In this document: in pieces, positions 1 through 13,354 of the stretch | Layout: each line of letters starts with the position of its first letter | How positions within the stretch are numbered: the stretch's first letter is position 1 | From: Raja brachyura | Lineage: Eukaryota | Assembly (NCBI GenBank): GCA_963514005.1 | Contig: OY740782.1 | Coordinates: 151,032,001 to 151,096,000, forward strand | DNA length: 64,000 nt | Direction: 5' to 3' | The notes under the pieces: model-generated | Told to the model about the DNA's origin: nothing | Database searches by the model: none | The model's input: the letters and a program-made list of their open reading frames with translations, nothing else | Program-made: the position numbers and the translations under genes

Positions 1-303
1 CGCCCAGAGAATTCAGAAGTTTGGTGACATTCGCTTCTCTCTCGTAGGTGTTAGTAACAAATCGAGCGGCCTGTCTTTGGACATGTTCGATGGGTGAAAT
101 GTTTTTACCTGTGTATGGGTCCCAAGCTGCAACTGCGTAGTCCAGATGAGGTCTAACGAGGGTGAAATGCAGCCTCTCCTTGACAGAAGCTGAACAATGA
201 TGGAAGTTGCGCCTCAGGAAGTTTAGGACACCTGTTGCTTTCACTGTTGCATGATGAGTCTGACCATTCCAACGTAGATCATTCTGCAATTTGATGCCAA
301 GAT
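1..303 (-). mobile_element. LINE RT 3' fragment, same family as 27460-28790
   Basis: Reverse complement of ~28155-28450. Confidence 0.85.
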
Positions 304-845
304 GCAATATGGGTAGAACTGTGAAATAGCCAAGGGCAGAAAACGCTTGTTGGAGTGGTGTACAGACCCCAAACAGCAGGATGGAGGTTGGGGATAGCAT
401 CAAGCAGGAAATTAGGGATGCGTGCAGCAAAGATACAGTGGTTATCATGGGTGACTTTAATTTACCGATAGATTGGGCCAATCAAATTGGGAACAGCGCT
501 GAGGAGGATTTCCAGGGATGTACACGGGAAGGGTTTTTAAACCAATATGTAGAGGAACCGACTAGAGGGCAGGCTGGGTATTGTGTAACGAGGAAGGATT
601 AGTTAGCGATCTTGTTGTGATAAGCCCCTTGGTCAACCGTGACCATAATATGGTGGAATTCCACATTAGAATGGACAGGGACACGGTTAATTCAGAGACC
701 AGGCTCCTGAACTTGAATAAAGACGACTTTGAAGGTATGAGACGGGAACTGGCTCGGAGAGACGGGCACATTTTACTTAAAGGGTTGACAGTGGAGATGC
801 AATGGTGAAGATTTAAAGACCGCTTAGATAAACTCCAGAAATTGT

Positions 846-2145
846 TAGTCACAGAGTCATCGTGTACCTCAGTGTGGAAACAGGCCCTTTGGCCCAACGT
901 GCCCAGATCGGCCAACATTATCCCAGCTATACTAGTCCCACTTACCTGCGCTTGGTCAATATCCCTCCAATCCATGTCATATCAATGTACCTGTCTAACT
1001 GTCTTTGAAACAATGGGATAGTCCCAGCCTCAAGGAAGGAAGGAAAGGAAGGAAAACTTTTATTGTCATTCAGACCTTTCGGTCTGAACGAAATTTCGTT
1101 GCCTGCAGTCATACATATAGTAAAGACCAAAACCCACAATAAACACATATTTAACATCCACCACAGTGAGTTCACCAGACACCTCCTCACTGTGATGGAA
1201 GGCAAAATCTTAAGTCTTTGTCTCTTCCCTTCTTGTTCTTCCTCTTCCTCTGCGCTGAGGCGACCCAGGCCTCCGATGTTGTGACCGCACCGGGTGATGT
1301 AAATAAGTCCCGCGGCTGAACCGCGCTCCGTGAACGGGCCGGTTCAACTCCGCGGCCCGGGGCGGTCGAAGCTGCCGAAGCTGCCGCCCTCCAGTCCAGC
1401 GGACGCAGCTGTTGCCGCGGGAGCTCCGGAAAAACAGGTCACCAACCTGTGACCTGCGAGCTCCCGACGATGTCGTCCCCTGGGCCCGCGGCCGGGCCTC
1501 CGAAGTTGCTGCCGCCGCCACCGCCACCGGAAAACCGCCACAGCTCCGAGTCGGGCCGCCGGAACGCCGGAATGTCTGGACCCGCCGCAGCCCCGAAGTC
1601 GGCCAGCCCCGCGCTGGTAAATCCTGGCTGGCTCTGCCTCAGGAGCCTCGAGGTCGGTCGCAGTTGGAGGCTGTCAGCTCCGCCATTAGGCCTCAGCGCA
1701 GACGGAGACGGAGACGGGGGATACGACAGGAAAAGTCGAGTCCCCCCCCAAAGGAAGAGACTAAAACGTTTCTCCCACCCCTCCCACACACATACACTAC
1801 ATGATAACTCAAATTAACACGCTAAAACAAGACAAGAAAACAACAACAAAAGAAAACCAGACGGACTGCAGGCGAGCCGCTGCTACTACGAGCGCCGCCA
1901 CTTCCCAACTACCTTCTCTGGCAGCTTGTTCCATACACCCACCACCCTTTGTGTGAAAACGTTACCTCTCGCGTTCCTTTTAAATCTTTCCCCATTCACC
2001 TTGAAACCATGTCCTCTGGTCCTCGATTCCCTCACTCTGGTCACAAGTCTCGGGGCATCTTCCCGACCTATTCCTCTCATGATTTTATACACCTCTATAA
2101 GATCTCCCCTCATCATCCTCCTGCGCTCCATGGCGAAAGAATAAA
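846..2145 (-). mobile_element. CR1 3' end (846-1032 and 1906-2145) interrupted by a non-autonomous element
   Basis: RGDLIEVYKIMRG...SRTRGH...FTQRVVGVWNKLP C-terminus and CR1-type 3' UTR. Confidence 0.8.
1033..1905 (-). mobile_element. GC-rich non-autonomous retroposon-like element, related to 33841-34250
   Basis: Minus-strand (TTCC)n tail near an AATAAA; shares CACAGTGAGT...ACACCTCCTCACTGTGATGGAAGGCAAA with the second copy; cleanly splits a CR1. Confidence 0.6.
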
Positions 2146-2470
2146 ACTGGGAAGGAGGCTTAACCGTGGCTGAGGAGGGAAGACAATGATAGTGTTAAAG
2201 CCAATGTAGAGGCATATAAATTGGCCGGAAGAAGCGGCAAATCAGGGGACTGGGAGAAATTTGGAACTCCAACAGAGGAGGACAAAGGGGTTAATTAAGA
2301 GGGGGGAAGAGCATGAAAGAAAGCTTGGGGGGAATATAAAAACTGGCTGTAAAAGTTTATTCAGGTATGGAAAATGAAAAAGATTAGCAAAGACATATGT
2401 AGGTCTCTTACAGTCAGAGACAGGTGAATTTATAATGGGAAACAAAGAAATTGCAGAACAGTTAAACGAG

Positions 2471-4812
2471 TAACCATATAACCATATAACAATTACAGCA
2501 TGGAAACAGGCCCTCTCGGCCCTTCCAGTCCGTGCCGACCATTTATTTTCCCCTAGTCCCATCTACCTGCACTCAGACCATACCCCTCCATTCCCTTCCC
2601 GTCCACATACCTATCCACTTTACTTTTAAATGTTAAAATTGATCCTGCCTCCATCACTTCTGCTGGAAGCTCATTCCACACAGCCAACACTCTCCGAGTA
2701 AAGAAGTTCCACCTCATGTTACCCCTAAACTTCTGTCCCTTAATTCTCATGTCATGCCCTCTTGTTTGAATCTTCCTTACCCTCAATGGGAAAAGCTCAT
2801 CCACGTCAACTCTGTCTATCCCTTTCATCATTTTAAAGACCTGAAACAAGTCCCCCCTTAACATTCTGCGCTCCAAAGAATAAAGACCTAACTTATAACC
2901 ATATAACAATTACAGCACGGAAACAGGCCATCTCGGCCCTTCAAGTCCGTGCCGAACAACTTTTTTCCCTTAGTCCCACCTGCCTGCACTCATACCATAA
3001 CCCTCCATACCCTTCTCATCCATATGCCTATCCAATTTATTTTTAAATGATACCAACGAACCTGCCGCCACCACTTCCACTGGAAGCTCATTCCACACCG
3101 CTACCACTCTCTGAGTAAAGAAGTTCCCCCTCATGTTACCCCTAAACCTCTGTCCCTTAATTCTAAAGTCATGTCCTCTTGTTTGAATCTTCCCTATTCT
3201 CAAAGGGAAAAGCTTGTCCACATTAACTCTGTCTATCCCTCTCATCATTTTAAAGACCTCTATCAAGTCACCCCTTAACCTTCTGCGCTCCAGAGAATAA
3301 AGACCTAACTTATTCAACCTATCTCTGTAACTTAGCTGTTGAAACCCAGGCAACATTCTAGTAAATCTCCTCTGTACCCTCTCTATTTTGTTGACATCCT
3401 TCCTATAATTGGGCGACCAAAATTGTACACCATACTCCAGATTTGGTCTCACCAACGTCTTGTACAATTTTAACATTACATCCCAGCTTCTATACTCAAT
3501 GCTCTGATTTATAAAGGCTAGCATACCAAAAGCTTTCTTTACCACCCTATCTATATGAGATTCTACCTTCAAGGAACTATGCACGGTTATTCCCAGATCC
3601 CTCTGTTCAACTGTATTCTTCAATTCCCTACCGTTTACCATGTACGTCCTATTTTGATTTGTCCTGCCAAGGTGTAGCACCTCACATTTATCAGCATTAA
3701 ACTCCATCTGCCATCTTTCAGCCCATTTTTCCAACTGGCCTAAATCACTCTGCAGACTTTGGAAATCCTCTTCATTATCCACAACACCCCCTATCTTGGT
3801 ATCATCTGCATACTTACTAATCCAATTTACCACCCCTTCATCCAGATCATTGATGTACAAACCTTCTCTGTAACTTAGTTGCTGGAACCCAGGCAACATT
3901 CTAGTAAATCTCCTCTGTACTCTCTCTATTTTGTTGACATCCTTCCTATAATTAGGTGACCAAAATTGTACACCATACTCCAGAATTGGTCTTACCAATG
4001 CTTTGTACAATTTTAACATTACTTCCCTACTCCTATATTCAATGCTCTGATTTATAAAGGCCAGCACACCAAAAGCTTTCTTTACCACCCTATCTACATG
4101 CGATTCCACCTTCAGGGAACTATGCACAGTTATTCCTAGATCCCTCTGTTCCACAGCATTCCTCAATTCCCTACCATTTACCATGTACGTCCTATTTTGA
4201 TTTGTCCTGCCAAGATGTAGCACTTCACACTTATCAGCATTAAACTCCATCTGCCATCTTTCAGCCCACTTTGCCAATTGGCCCAAATCTCTCTGTAGAC
4301 TTTGAAAAATCTACTTCATTATCCACAACACCACCTATCTTAGTGTCATCTGCATACTTACTTATCCAATTTTCCACCCCATCATCCAGATCATTGATGT
4401 ATATGACAAACAACAGTGGACCCAACACAGATCCCTGAGGCACCCCACTGGTCACCGGCTTCCAACCTGACAAACAGCCATCCACCATTACTCTCTGGCA
4501 TCTCCCATTTAGCCACTGTTGAATCCATCTTCCTACTCCGCCATGAACACCCAAAGATTGAACCTTCTTAACCAACCTTCCATGGGGAACCTTATCAAAG
4601 GCCTTACTGAAATCCATATAGACAACATCCACTGCTTTACCCTCATCAATTTCCCTAGTAACCTCTTCAAAAAATTCAAGAAGGTTTGTCAAACATGACC
4701 TTCCAGGCACAAATCCATGTTGACTGTACCTGATCAGACCCTGTTTATCCAGATGTTTATATATATTATCTCTAAGTATCCTTTCAATTAATTTGCCCAC
4801 CACTGACGTCAA
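2471..4812 (-). mobile_element. Three stacked young CR1 fragments (~2471-2895, 2895-3860, 3860-4812) with (ATATGGTT)n tails
   Basis: Repeated YADDTKIGG and RPxLEYGVQFWSP blocks; AGRWD C-termini. Confidence 0.9.
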
Positions 4813-6334
4813 AGTGCTTTGATTCTGTACTTTGATTCTGTCTTCAATGAGGAAGATACAAACAATCTCCCAGAAATACTAGGGGACCGAGGATCTAGTA
4901 GGAGGCAGAATCTGAAGGGAATCCACATTAGTCAGAAAATGGTGTTAGGTAAACTGTTTTTTGACTGAAGGCAGATAAATCCCCAGGGCCTGATGGTCTG
5001 CATCCTAGACACCACAAGAAGTTGACCCTAGGATGCATTAGTCATCATTTTTCACTGTTGTCTGGATCAGTTCCTGTGGACTGGAGGGTAGCCAATGTAA
5101 CTCCACTTTTTAAGAAAGGAGAGAGAAAACGGGGAATTATAGACCAGTTAGCCTTACATCGGTGGTGGGGAAGATGCTGGAGTCGAATATTAAAGATGTT
5201 ATAGCAGCACATTTGGAAAGCAGTGACGGGATCGGTCAAAGTCAGCAAGGGGAAACCATGCTTTACTAATATTTTGGATTTTTTTGAGGATGTAACAAGT
5301 AGAATGGATAAAGGAGAGGCAGTGGATGTGGTGTATCTGGACTTGCAGAAAGCCTTTGACAAGGTCCCACTAAAGAGATTAGTGTGCAGAATTAGAGCAC
5401 ATGGTATTGGGGTAGAGTATTGACATGGATAGAGAACTGGTTGGTAGACAGGAAGCAAAGAGTAGCAATTAACGGGTCCTTTTCAGAATGGCAGGCAGTG
5501 ACTAGTGGGGTGCTGTAAGGCTCGGTGCAAGGTCCCGGTTGTTTACAATATATATCAACAATTTAGACAAGGGAATTAAATGTAACATCTCTAAGTTTGC
5601 AGGTGATACAAAGCTAGGTGTCAGTGTGGGCTGCGAGGAAGATGCTATGCGGCTGCTGGGCTTATAGCATCTTGTACAGGTTGGGTGAGTGGGCAGAAGC
5701 ATGGCAGATGCAGCATAATGTGGATAAATGTGAGGTTATCCACTTTGGTGGCAAGAACAGGAAGGTAGATTATTATTGGAATGGTGTCATTGTTATTAGG
5801 AAAAGGGGAGGTGCAACGAGACCTGGGTGTGCTTGTACATCAGTCACTGAAAGTAAGCATGCAGGTACAGCAGGCAGTGAAGAAAGCTCATAGCGTTGGC
5901 CTTCATAGCGAGAGGATTTGAGTTTAGGAGCAAGGAGGTCCTACTGCAGTTGTCCAGAGCCCTGGTGAGACCACACCTGGAATATTGTGTGCAATTTTCG
6001 TCTCCTAATTTGAGGAAGGACATTCTTGCTATTGAGGGTGTGCAGCGTAGGTTCACCAGGTTAATTCCCAGGATGGTGGGACTGACGTATGATGAAAGAA
6101 TGGGTTGACTGGACTTGTATTCGCTGTAATTTAGAAGGATGAGAGGGGATCATGTAGAAACATATAAAATTCTTAGAGCATTGGACAGGTAGATGCAGGC
6201 ATAATGTCCCGATGTTGGGGATGTCCAGAACTAGGGGTCACAGATTAAGTTTTTTATGGATGGGCCATTTCGGACTGAGATGAGGAAAAACGTTTTCACC
6301 CAGAGAGATGTGAATCTGTGGAATTCTCTGCCAC

Positions 6335-7222
6335 ATAAACATGGAAACATAGAAAATAGGTGCAGGAGTAGGCCATTCGGCCCTTCGAGCTTGCACCGCC
6401 ATTCAATATGATCATGGCTGATCATCCAACTCAGTATCCTGTACCTGCCTTCTCTCCATACCCCCTGATCCCATTAGCCACAAGGGCCACATCTAACTCC
6501 CTCTTAAATATAGCCTACAAACTGGCCTCAACTATCTTCTGTGGCAGATAATTCCACAGATTCACCACTCTCTGTGTGAAAAATGATTTTCTCATCTCGG
6601 TCCTAAATGACTTCCCCCTTATCCTTAAACAGTGACCCCTTGTCCTGGACTTCCCCAACATCGGAAACAATCTTCCTGCATCTAGCCTGTCCAACCCCTC
6701 AAGAATTTTGTAAGTCTCTGTGAGATCCCCTCTCAATCTTCTAAATTCCAGCGAGTACAAGCCGAGTCTATCCAGTCTTTCTTCATATGGAAATCCTGCC
6801 ATCCCAGGAATCAGTCTGGTGAACCTTCTATGTACTCCCTCTATGGCAAGAATCTCCTTCCTCAGATTAGGAGACCAAAACTGTACGCAATGCTCCAGGT
6901 GTGGCCTCACCAAGACCCTGTACAACTGCAGTAGAACCTCTCTTCTCTTATACTCAAATCCTTTTGCTATGAATGCCAACATACCACTCGCTTTCTTCAC
7001 AGCCTGCTGCACCTGCATGCCCAATTTCAATGACTGGTGTACCGTGACACCCAGGTCTCGTTGCATCTCCCCTTTTCCTAATCGGTCACCATTCAAATAA
7101 TAGTCTACTTTCCTGTTTTTGCCACCAAAGTGGATAACCTCACATTTATCCACATTATACTGCATCTGCCATGCATTTGCCCACTCACCCAGCCTATCCA
7201 AGTCACCTTGCAGCCTCCTAGC
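6335..7222 (-). mobile_element. CR1 3' fragment
   Basis: ORF 6515-7390 RT C-terminal region; (CTATGTTT) tail. Confidence 0.9.
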
Positions 7223-7490
7223 ATTTAAGACTGAGGTGAGAAAAAACTTTTTCACCCAGAGAGTTGTGAATTTGTGGAATTCCCTGCCACAGAGGGCAGT
7301 GGAGGCCAAGTCACTGGAATAATTTAAGAGAGAGTTAGATAGAGCTCTAGGGGCTAGTGGAATCAAGGGATATGGGGAGAAGGCAGGCACCGGTTATTGA
7401 TTGGGGACGATCAGCCATGATCACAATGAATGGCGGTGCTGTCTCGAAGGGCCAAATGGCCTCCTCCTGCACCTATTTTCTGTGTTTCTA
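7223..7490 (+). mobile_element. CR1 3' end
   Basis: FFTQRVVNLWNSLP and GATCAGCCATGATC 3' UTR stem. Confidence 0.88.
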
Positions 7491-7978
7491 AAATCAATGA
7501 TTCAATGATACTTTATTGCCACATGCAGCTAGATACAGTGAATTTCGCTATTTTTGCATATAATCTAGTAAAATCGCACAGCAGACCTCACCTAGGTAAT
7601 GCACAAATAGTCGCCATGTTTCTGCCACCGAGAAAGTTACAACATGTCTATTGAACTGACATCGATGACAGGTCAGTCAAAAGTCAATTTCTTTGCACCG
7701 ATAGAATCCGTCCTTGATTTAACCATTTAATCACACTAAGCATTATCGGTATATCCACTGGAGTCACTCCGCGGGCAATGACACCACTGGTAAATACATG
7801 GTTATCTCCATAAACATTGCTCGTTCCAATTCTACAAGGGCAGAGGGATGTACTGCTAATATACTGAGCAAAGCCCTCGCGACTGTTTTACAGACAAATA
7901 TTATAGGGGAGGGTAACCCTTGACGAGACCCAATGACAGTTCACTAGACTCTCTCCCATGAAATGCACTGGGACAAAT
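7491..7978 (+). repeat. Direct repeat of 15076-15607 (diverged local duplication)
   Basis: Shared blocks such as GTCAAAAGTCAATTTCTTTGCACC and TTCCAATTCTACAAGGGCAGAGGGATGTACTGCTAATATACTGAGCAAAGCCCTCGCGACTG. Confidence 0.9.
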
Positions 7979-8094
7979 GCAGCGTTGGTTGGATGCGGAG
8001 ACGAGATCCATCAATACGCTATAAAGCGCACAGAGCGTGTATTTAGTGTGGTGCTCCTGCTCATGTCCTAATCTGCACACTGCCACACAGTTGC

Positions 8095-8930
8095 ACAGAT
8101 CCAGGTTCGATCCTTACCTCGGGAGCTGTCTGTGTGGAGGTTGCGACCACGTAGATTTCCTCCGGGAGCTCCGGTTTCCTACCACATCCCAAAGATATGC
8201 GGGTCTGTAGGTGCAATGGCCTGTGTATTATTGCCTTTTATATGTTCGATGTGGATGAGAAAGTGGGATAACAATAAACTAGTGTGAACGGCAGGTCGAT
8301 GTTCGCCCATGGACTCGTGCAAAGAGTAGGAGTAAATGGGCCCTTTTCAGAATGGCAGGCAGTGACTAGTGGGGTACCGCAAGGCTTGGTGAGACCACAC
8401 CTAGCGTATTACGTACAGTTTTGGTCTCCTAATCTGATGAAAGACTGGGTAGACTCAGCTTGTACTCGCTAGAATTTAGAAGATTGAGGGGAGATCTTAT
8501 AGAAACTTACAAAATTCTTAAGGGGTTGGACAGGCTGGATGCAGGAAGATTGTTCCCGATGTTGGGGAAGTCCAGGACAAGGGGTCACAGTTTAAGAATA
8601 AGGGGGAAATCTTTTAGGACCAAGATGAGAAAAACATTTTTCACATAGAGAGTGGTGAATCTGTGGAATTCTCTGCCACAGAAGGTAGTTGAGGCCAGTT
8701 CATTGGCTATATTTAAGAGCGTTAGATGTGGCCCTTGTGGCTAAAGGAATCAGGAGGTATGGAGAGAAGGCAGGTAAGGGATACCGAGTTGGATGATCAG
8801 CCATGATCATATTGAATGGCGGTGCAGGCTCGAAGGGCCGAATGGCCTACTCCTGCACCTACTTTCTATGATTCTATGTTTCTATGTTAGGCACAAGGGC
8901 CTGTATCCATGCGGCATCTCAAAAATTAAC
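8095..8930 (+). mobile_element. tRNA-derived V-SINE (HE1-like), 8095-8320 and 8889-8930, interrupted by a deleted CR1 (8320-8888)
   Basis: B-box GGTTCGATCC, V-core TTTCCTCCGGGAGCTCCGGTTTCCTACCACATCCCAAAGA, CR1-type tail. Confidence 0.7.
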
Positions 8931-8934
8931 ATTA

Positions 8935-11900
8935 AAGGGGACAGGGTGAGGGGCAAGAGGCAGTGAAGGGAAGCAGTCGGACCCAAAATGTAGGCGAGAA
9001 AGAGGAAAAAGATAATAAACAGAGAATAAGGGATGGTGGGTTTCTAAAATGTGTATATTTTAATGCTAGGGGCATTGTAAGAAAGGTGGATGAACTTAGA
9101 GCCTGGATTGACACCTGGAAATATGATGTTGTGGCAATCAGTGAAACATGGTTGCGGGAGGGTTGTGATTAGAAACTAAATATTCCATGATTTCATTGCT
9201 TCAGGTGTGATAGAATTGGAGGGACCAGAGATGGAGGGGTTGCATTGCTTGTCAGAGAAGATATTACAGCAGTGCTTTGGCAGGATAGATTAGAGGGCTC
9301 GGCTCGGGAGGCTATTTGGGTGGAACTGAGAGGTGGGAACGGTGTAGCAACACTTTTAGGGGTGTATTATAGACCGCCAAATGGGGAGCGAGAAATGGCA
9401 GAGCTAATATGTAAGGAGATAGCAGATATTAGTAGTAAGCACAAGGTAGTGATTGTGGGAGATTTCAATTTTCCAAAAATAGACTGGGAAACACATTCTG
9501 TAAGTGGGCTGGATGGTTTGGAGTTTGTTAAATGTGTGCAGGATAGTTTTTTGCAGCAATACATAGAGGTATCGACCAGAGAAGGGGCAGTGCTGGACCT
9601 CCTGTGAGGAAATGAGGCAGGTCAGGTGACGGAGGTATGCGTTGGTGAGCACTTCGGGACCAGTGATCACAATACCATTAGTTTCAATATAATTATGGAG
9701 AGAGTCAGAACTGGACCTAGGGTTGAGATTTTTGATTGGAGAAAGGCTAACTTTGAGGGAATGCGTAAGGATTTAAAAGGAGTGAATTGGGACATTTTGT
9801 TTTATGGGAAGGATGTAGAAGAGAAATGGAGGACATTTAAAGGGGAAATTGTAAGAGTACAGAATCTTTATGTCCCTGTTCGTTGAAAGGAAATAGTAAA
9901 AATCGGAAAGAACCATGGTTTTCAAGGGAAATTGGATACTTGGTTCGAAAAAAGAGAGATATCTACAATATTTATAGGAGGCATGGAGTAAATGAGGCGC
10001 TAGATGAGTATAAAGAATGTAAAAAGAATCTTAAGAAAGAAATAAGAAAAGCTAAAAGAAGATATGAGGTTGCTTTGGCAAGAAAGGTGGAAGTAAATCC
10101 AAAGGGTTTCTACAGCTATATTAATAGCAAAAGGATAACGAGGGATAAAATTGGACCATTAGAGAGCCAGAATGGACAGCTATCTGCAGAGCCAAAAGAG
10201 ATGGGGGAGATATTGAACAATTTATTTTCTTCGGTATTCACCAAGGAGAAGGATATTGAACTCTGTGAAAAAGTAGAGGAAAAAAGTAGAGTAGCTATGG
10301 AAACTATGAGATTCAAAGAGGAGGAAGTACTGACACTTTTGAAAAATATAAAAGTGGATAAGTCTCCAGGTCCTGACAGGATATTCCCTAGGACATTGAG
10401 GGACGTTAGTGTAGAAATAGCAGGGGCTATGACAGAAATATTTCAAATGTCATTAGAAACGGGAATAGTGCCGGAGGATTGGCGTACTGCGCATGTTGTT
10501 CCATTGTTTAAAAAGGGTTCAAAGAATAAACCTAGCAATTATAGACCTGTTAGTTTGACGTCAGTGGTGGGCAAATTAATGGAAAGGATACTTAGAGATA
10601 ATATATATAAGCATCTGGATAAACAGGGTCTGATCAAGAACAATCAACATGGATTTGTGCCTGGAAGGTCATGTTTGACAAACCTTCTTGAATTTTTTGA
10701 AGAGGTTACTAGGGAAAGTGATGAGGGTAAAGCAGTGGATGTTGTCTATATGGATTTCAGTAAGGCCTTTGACAAGGTTCCTCATGGAAGGTTGGTTAAG
10801 AAGGTTCAATCTTTGGGTGTAAATGGCGGAGTAGCAAGATGGATTCAAGAGTGGCTGAATGGGAGATGCCAGAGAGTAATGGTGGATGGCTGTTTGTCAG
10901 GTTGGAAGCCGGTGACCAGTGGGGTGCCTCATGGATCTGTGTTGGGTCCACTGTTGTTTGTCATGTACATCAATGATCTAGATGATGGGGGTGGAAAATT
11001 GGATAAGTAAGTATGCAGATGACACTAAGATAGGTGGTGCTGTGGATAATGAAGTAGATTTTCAAAGTCTACAGAGAGATTTGGGCCATTTGGAAGAGTG
11101 GGCTGAAAGATGGCAGATGGAGTTTAATGCTGATAAGTGTGAGGTGCTACATCTTGGCAGGACAAATCAAAATAGAACATACATGGTAAATGGTAGGGAA
11201 TTGAGGAATGCTGTGGAACAGAGGGATCTTGGAATAACTGTGCATAGTTCCCTGAAGGTGGAATCGCATGTAGATAGGGTGGTAAAGAAAGCTTTTGGTG
11301 TGCTGGCCTTTATAAATCAGAGCATTGAATATAGGAGTAGGGAAGTAATGTTAAAATTGTACAAGGCATTGGTGAGACCAATTCTGGAGTATGGTGTACA
11401 ATTTTGGTCGCCTAATTATAGGAAGGATGTCAACAAAATAGAGAGAGTACAGAGGAGGTTTACTAGAATGTTGCCTGGGTTCCAGCAACTAAGTTACAGA
11501 GAAAGGTTGAACAAGTTCGGTCTTTATTCTTTGGAGCACAGAAGGTTAAGGGGGGACTTGATTGAGGTCTTTAAAATGATGAAAGGGATAGACAGAGTTG
11601 ACGTGGATAAGCTTTTCCCATTGAGGGTAGGGAAGATTCAAACAAGAGGGCATGACATGACAATTAAGGGACAGAAGTTTAGGGATAACATGAGGGGGAA
11701 CTTCTTTACTCCGAGAGTGGTGGCTGTGTGGAATGATCTTCCAGTAGAAGTGGTGGAGGCAGGATTGATTTTAACATTTAAAAGTAAAGTGGATAGGTAT
11801 ATGGACGGGAAGGGAATTGAGGGGTATGGTCTGAGTGCAGGTAGATGGGACTAGGGGAAAATAAATGGTCGGCACGGACTGGAAGGGCCGAGAAGGCCTG

Positions 11901-11935
11901 TTTCCGTGTTGTAATTGTTATGTGGTTATATGGTT
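8935..11935 (+). mobile_element. Near-complete CR1 ORF2 (APE endonuclease plus RT) with a few stops and frameshifts
   Basis: YFNARG, ISETW, YRPP, GDFN, SDH; [19 protein letters not shown]; 3' UTR with ATATGGTT tail. Confidence 0.95.
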
Positions 11936-12653
11936 AAATATATTCACAAGGATAGATACCTAAAGGGGCTATTTCCATGATTTCTCATGAATGCTTCTCT
12001 TGCACTGCTCACTCTTCCACGCCCGAAAATATTCTCAGCTCATTGAAAATGTAGATCATGAAGATCATGTTATATCCAATAAAGAGCCATAAAAATTGGC
12101 CAGAGGAAGCAGTAAACCGGAGGTCTGGGAGACATTTGGAATTCATCAGTGGAGGACAAACGGTTTAATTGGGGGGGGAAATAGAGCATGAAAGAAAGCT
12201 TGCGAAGAATTTAACAACTGACTGTAAACACTTTTTAAGATATGTGAAGAGGGAGAGATTAGTGAAGGCAAATATAGGTCTGTTACAGTCAGAAACAGGT
12301 GAATTTATAATGGGAAACATGAAATGGCAGACCAGTTAAACGAGTACTTTAGTTTTGTCTTCACTAAGGACGACACAAACAATCTCCCGGAAAAACGAGG
12401 GGAGCGAGGATCTACTGGCAGGCCGAGACTAGTGGGGTGCCGCAAGGCTCGCTGCTGGGACCCCCGTTGTTTACAATATATATTAACGATTTAGACGATG
12501 GAATTAAATGTAACAATAAGTTTGCGGGTGACACAATGCTGGGTGGCAGTGTGGGCTGCGAGGAAGATTCTATGAGGCTGCGGGATGACTTGTATAGGTT
12601 GGTTGAGTGGGAAGAAGCAGGGCAGTGCTGTATAATGTGGATTCATGTGACGT

Positions 12654-12942
12654 TGATCCCACTGTACACGTGAAAGCTAATCCCAATCAAACACAGAAGC
12701 CGGGATTTACATGATCAGAATGTGTACTCCTGACAGTTTAACCAAAATGATGCAGCATGTAACCAATAAGATTGGTAGCTGGAATTTGCGAGATCTGTTG
12801 CTAGGTAGTTTTTTATTTTGTTAGTTGCTATTCACCATCAGAGTTTTCAGTGTTTGAGCAGCAGATTGAAAGTGCCTGATTAATTTGGTCTGATTAAATG
12901 GACTATAGTCATGTACTAGAAATGGAGAAGATGATCGATATG
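12654..12942 (-). repeat. Inverted near-identical copy of 14411-14643 joined to an inverted copy of ~14072-14125
   Basis: Direct reverse-complement match read from the sequence; sits inside a CR1 copy. Confidence 0.9.
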
Positions 12943-13263
12943 TGACGTAAAAAAAAAAAAAATTGGATAGGCATATGGAGGAGAAGGGTATGGAAGGTTA
13001 TGGTATGAGTGCAGGCAGGTGGGACTAAGGGAAAAAAGTTGTTTGGCACGGACTTGAAGGGCCGAGATGGCCTGTTTCCGTGCTGTAATTGTTATATGGT
13101 TATATGGTTATCCACTTTGGTGGCAAAAACAAGAAGGCAGATTATTACCCGAATGGCGTCAGATTGTGAGAAGTGGAGGTGCAACGATACCTGGGTGTGC
13201 TTGTACATCAGTCACTGAAAGTGAGCATGCAGGTACAGTAGGCAGTGAAGAAAGCTAATGGCA

Positions 13264-13354
13264 GGGTACACAAAAGGCTGGAGAAACTCAGCGGGTGCAG
13301 CAGCATCTATGGAGCGAAGGAGATAGGCGACGTTTCGGGTCGAGACCCTTCTTC
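13264..13354 (-). mobile_element. Short Penelope-derived terminal-repeat insert with hammerhead-like core and 13-bp target duplication
   Basis: AAAGCTAATGGCA at 13251-13263 and 13355-13367; minus TGAAGA-AGGGTCTCGACCC-GAAA-CGTC. Confidence 0.75.

Larger units (their letters stand above)
306..6334 (+). mobile_element. Old CR1 LINE ORF2 relic (EN 306-845, middle 2146-2470, RT/3' 4830-6334) split by nested insertions
   Basis: GDFNLP.IDW endonuclease motif; YLD.QKAFDKVP; LVRPHLEYCVQF; the pieces continue across the inserts. Confidence 0.85.

Noticed and set aside
1210-1817. Overlapping Pro/Arg-rich ORFs on both strands
   Set aside because: Expected in GC-rich repeat DNA; no recognisable domain.
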